A DNA stretch of 63,905 nt, filler included, from Nemertoderma westbladi (lineage: Eukaryota > Animalia > Xenacoelomorpha), in NCBI GenBank assembly GCA_032718475.1. It is 3 parts of 3 records of this genome, joined end to end, with 100 filler letters (N's around TTAATTAATTAA, not from the genome) between each part and the next. Parts side by side here need not be neighbours in the genome. Positions count along the whole stretch, not along the records: positions 46,594 to 63,905 come from JAUCBJ010003812.1; 2 more parts are not named here. One strand, written 5' to 3'. The position numbers and the translations under genes were made by a program. The notes under the pieces are model-generated. The model did no database searches and was not told where the DNA came from. It was given only the letters and a program-made list of their open reading frames with translations. The number at the start of each line of letters is the position of its first letter. Position 1 is the first letter of the stretch. Of this stretch, positions 60,364 to 63,905 are shown in pieces.

Positions 60364-63300
60364 GATGATTGAGCACGCATCTGCAATAGAGATGATACAC
60401 GCCCTGCTCTGTCTATACTGGATACTCCTCTACCAGTGTTAGGTAACCCAACCCAGGAGGCACACTTGGTTCAGGGTGTAACAAAAGGACAGTCGGCAGC
60501 AGGGCTGTAGGCCATCAACTTTGTAATTGTAATCAACCAACGGCGACCTACTGCGAAGACGCTTGTAGGAGTTGCGACCACAAGCGGTTTACTCTCGCAA
60601 CTGAAAGATATGAGTATGAGAACCCTCCAGGAGAAATACCGGCTCGGTCGTCGCCCGGGTCAACAAGGACCGCGTCCCACAGTGGTGCACCAGGCTGGGG
60701 TCGATAAATTGGCTACTGGAACAGAAGACAGAGAAGAAAGAAAAACCAACCTGTTGAAATGTAAAGAGACACTAAAGATTGCTACAATGAACTCACGCAC
60801 GCTGAAAGCACATAACAAACAGGGTGACATTGTCGCTCTGGCAATGGAATATAACATAGACATCATCTGCATCCAAGAACATCGGATTTGCCATGAAGAC
60901 ACTGCCATGAAGTACAATGACATTGGAAATGGATGGACGTTAGTAACAAGCTCAGCAGTAAGAAACTCGGCCAATGCATCAATTGGTGGAGTAGGAATTC
61001 TGCACTTAAGACCCTAAACAGCATCGAATCTATAAATTCCAGGGTTATGATATGTAGCAACATTTGATGGTAATCCCAAGACAACAGTAAAATGTTGCTA
61101 CAGTCTAACCAATGCCTCAGAGCCAGAACAAGCAGTCAAGTTTTATGAAGAACTGACTGGACTTATTAAGGACATTCCGAAACACAATGTTAAAGTCATT
61201 GCTGGCGACCTGAATGCTCAAATTGGCCCAGAAGACATCAATGGTTACACCTATAACACCAGTTCTAATAGAAATGGGTACTTACTTTTGGACATAATGG
61301 AAGAATGTGAATTGATACATACAAACACCACATTCGAAAAGAGTAAGGGGAAGCTATGGACCTTTCAATACCCTAATGGAACCAAAGCACAACTGGATTA
61401 CATCCTTATAAACAAAAAGTGGAGAAACAGCATGATCAACTGCGAGGCATACAGCTCGTTCAACGTAATTGGTTCGGACCACAGAATTGTGACTGCAGAG
61501 ATCAGACTCAGTTTGAGAGCCAGCAAACCCAGGACAAGCAAGCAAATCAACTATGACTGGGAGAAACTCAGAACTGACAATGCAGTAAAGGATGCTTAGA
61601 CAGTAGAAGTTCAAAACCGCTTTGAAGTACTTCAGTCAATGGATGAAGACCAGTCCACCAATTCAATATACCAGAATATAATAACAGCCCACAAGGAATC
61701 AGCTAAGAGGCATATCCCCCAGAAACCTAAACGAAAACAGTATGTGCCATGGCAAAACTCTGAGGTTACTTGTAAGAGAGAAGATCTTAAGATAGCCTAC
61801 AAAGTAAAAACTGAACAACCAATAAATGAAAACATTTGCAATGTTGAGAAAGCTAAGGACGATCTTTAATTGGCCTACAACATCAGCCAGGAAAAGTACA
61901 TACAAGATAAAATTGAAGCAATTACAACTGCTCACATACAGCAACAATCAAGACTTACCTTTACCTGGCTGACCTTACCTGGGTAAATGAGGTATCTGGT
62001 CGGAAAAGTTGTGCAAAGGGGCGCCTCAAAGCCGATAGTCCCGAAGAACGTATTGGGAAGTGGAAAAATCACAGCAGCAACTTGCTTGGGCAGCCACCAA
62101 ACATCGAGGTCAGCCCTACAAGGAACATATATGACAAGACACTACCTATAGAGACAGGGGACTTCACACATGCAGAACTCCAAAGAAGCATTAAAAGCAT
62201 GTCAAATAATAAAGCGAGTGGAATAGATGAAATCCCAGCAGAGGTATGGAAAACAGGAGTGCTAAACAGACCATTATTGAATGTTTGCAACCGGATGTTA
62301 AAAGGGGAAAAGCCTCCACCAATTTGGACTAAAGGTCAACTAAAGCCTCTCCCCAAGAAAGGAGACCTCAGTATACCAACTAACTATCGTGGGATCTGTC
62401 TGCTTGTGGTAGCTGCCATAATATACAATAAAATGATTCTATATAGTATTACGCCTTACATAGAGAAACTACTGCGTAAGAGCCAAAACGGATTTCGACC
62501 AAGTAGATCAACAATAGATCAGATACTTGCACTACAGAGACTGATTGAAGGAATTAAGTCAAAGAATCTCCCCGCAGTCATGACTTTTGTGGACTTCAAG
62601 AAGGCATTCGACTCCATCCATAGAGGTAAAATGCTTGAAATCCTAAGAGCTTATGGAATACCAGAAGTAATCGTTGCTGGCATTGGATTGTTATATTGTG
62701 ACACAGAAGCGCAGGTACTCTCACCAGTACCAGGTACTCCGAGTTTTTCTCAATCCTGGCTGGCGTACTGTAAGGTGACACATTTGCACCATTACTATTT
62801 GTAATTGTACTGGATTACGCAATGAGGACGGCGATAAAGGGTGACTGTGACGATCTGGGATTCACGCTTCAAGAACGCAGAAGTAGTAGATATCCGGCAA
62901 CTACAGTCACAAACACCGACTTTGCGGATGACATCGCCCTGCACTCTAATACGCTACTAAATAAAGTGGAGAGGGCTGCTAAGGAGGTTGGATTGCATAT
63001 AAATGCTACCAAGACCGAATTCATGATCTTTAATGTTGATGGAAACTTGACATCCATTGATAATAATCAACTAAGGAAGGTTGATGACTTCCAGTACCTT
63101 GGATCATGGATAGAGAGTAGCAAAAAGGATATAGAAGTTAGGAAAGCAAAGGCTTGGGTAGCTCTATCAAAAATGCGTACCATCTGGAAATCAGATCTCT
63201 CCAGGCACCTGAAGACTAAGTTCTTTCGAGCCAGAGTGGAAAGTGTATTTTTATACGGGGGTGAGACCTGGACACTGACTAAATCACTTGAACAACGAAT

Positions 63301-63660
63301 TGATGGTTGCTACACAAGACTACTAAGGTCAGCCCTAAACATCAGCCTGGAGACAACACATGACAAACGCCGTGCTTTATGGTACAATACCACCTGTATC
63401 AACCACCCTCCGTGAACGCAGATTAAGATTCAGTGGGCACTGCTGGCGAAGTAAAGATGAGGTCATACCAGATCTACTTTTCTGGCAACCAACTCATGGA
63501 AAGCGTAGTCGTGGACGACCGGCCATAACATATATAGATCAACTTGAAAGGGATACTGAACTTGGAGAAACGAAATTGCGACAACTATGGAGAATCGGGA
63601 AGCCTGGAAGGATCTCATTTCCACTGTCCGAGTTCGCTCGACTTAGTAGTACTGTAATAG
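60364..63660 (+). mobile_element. Full-length but decayed RTE-like LINE (APE endonuclease + RT), 3.3 kb
   Basis: IATMNSRTL, IICIQEHR, GDLNA, QLDYILI, SDH; FVDFKKAFDS, DFADD, FQYLGS with stops and frameshifts; tagtag tail; 13-bp TSD TAATATTAATATT (60351-60363, 63661-63673). Confidence 0.9.
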
Positions 63661-63905
63661 TAATATTAATATTATCAATATCAATATTATCTTAGCAAGC
63701 TTGCTAATATATTCAATTGTAGTGATTATCAACTTACCGTACTGCTATTGCATTGATATTAGTATCATTTGAACCACAATGGTCGATTTAGTGGGGGTAG
63801 ACACCATCAAAACTGTGAGCGGATTCAATTCCGCCTCACCAACCCCCATAAAGTGGGAAGTGGCGCCTTTATGCAATATTGGGGATACGAGGTTAATGCC
63901 CAATT

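Overview
AT-rich, repeat-dense animal (probably marine invertebrate) genomic DNA in three contigs joined by artificial 100-bp spacers (N44-TTAATTAATTAA-N44 at 22079-22178 and 46494-46593). Contig 1 carries four + strand exons of CaMKII. The main discovery lies in its ~16.7-kb intron: a six-exon, minus-strand gene (16678->9382) that I reconstructed by hand with phase-matched GT-AG introns. It encodes an intact ~740-aa type I membrane glycoprotein whose middle and C-terminal ectodomain matches herpesvirus glycoprotein B (class III viral fusogen) motifs, including one gap-free 51-residue block. It is a candidate domesticated, intron-containing class III fusogen. Contig 2 holds tandem symmetric exons of a Laminin-G3/ConA-like repeat gene; its introns contain a 13.4-kb BEL/Pao LTR element (no RT/RNase H, extra ORF), a Tc1-like element and CRE and RTE relics. 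Contig 3 has a 67-bp G-rich satellite with a young RTE insertion, an intronless M13 (neprilysin/ECE-like) peptidase gene and a decayed full-length RTE LINE. Family assignments come from motif recognition by eye and from recalled sequences; no searches were run.
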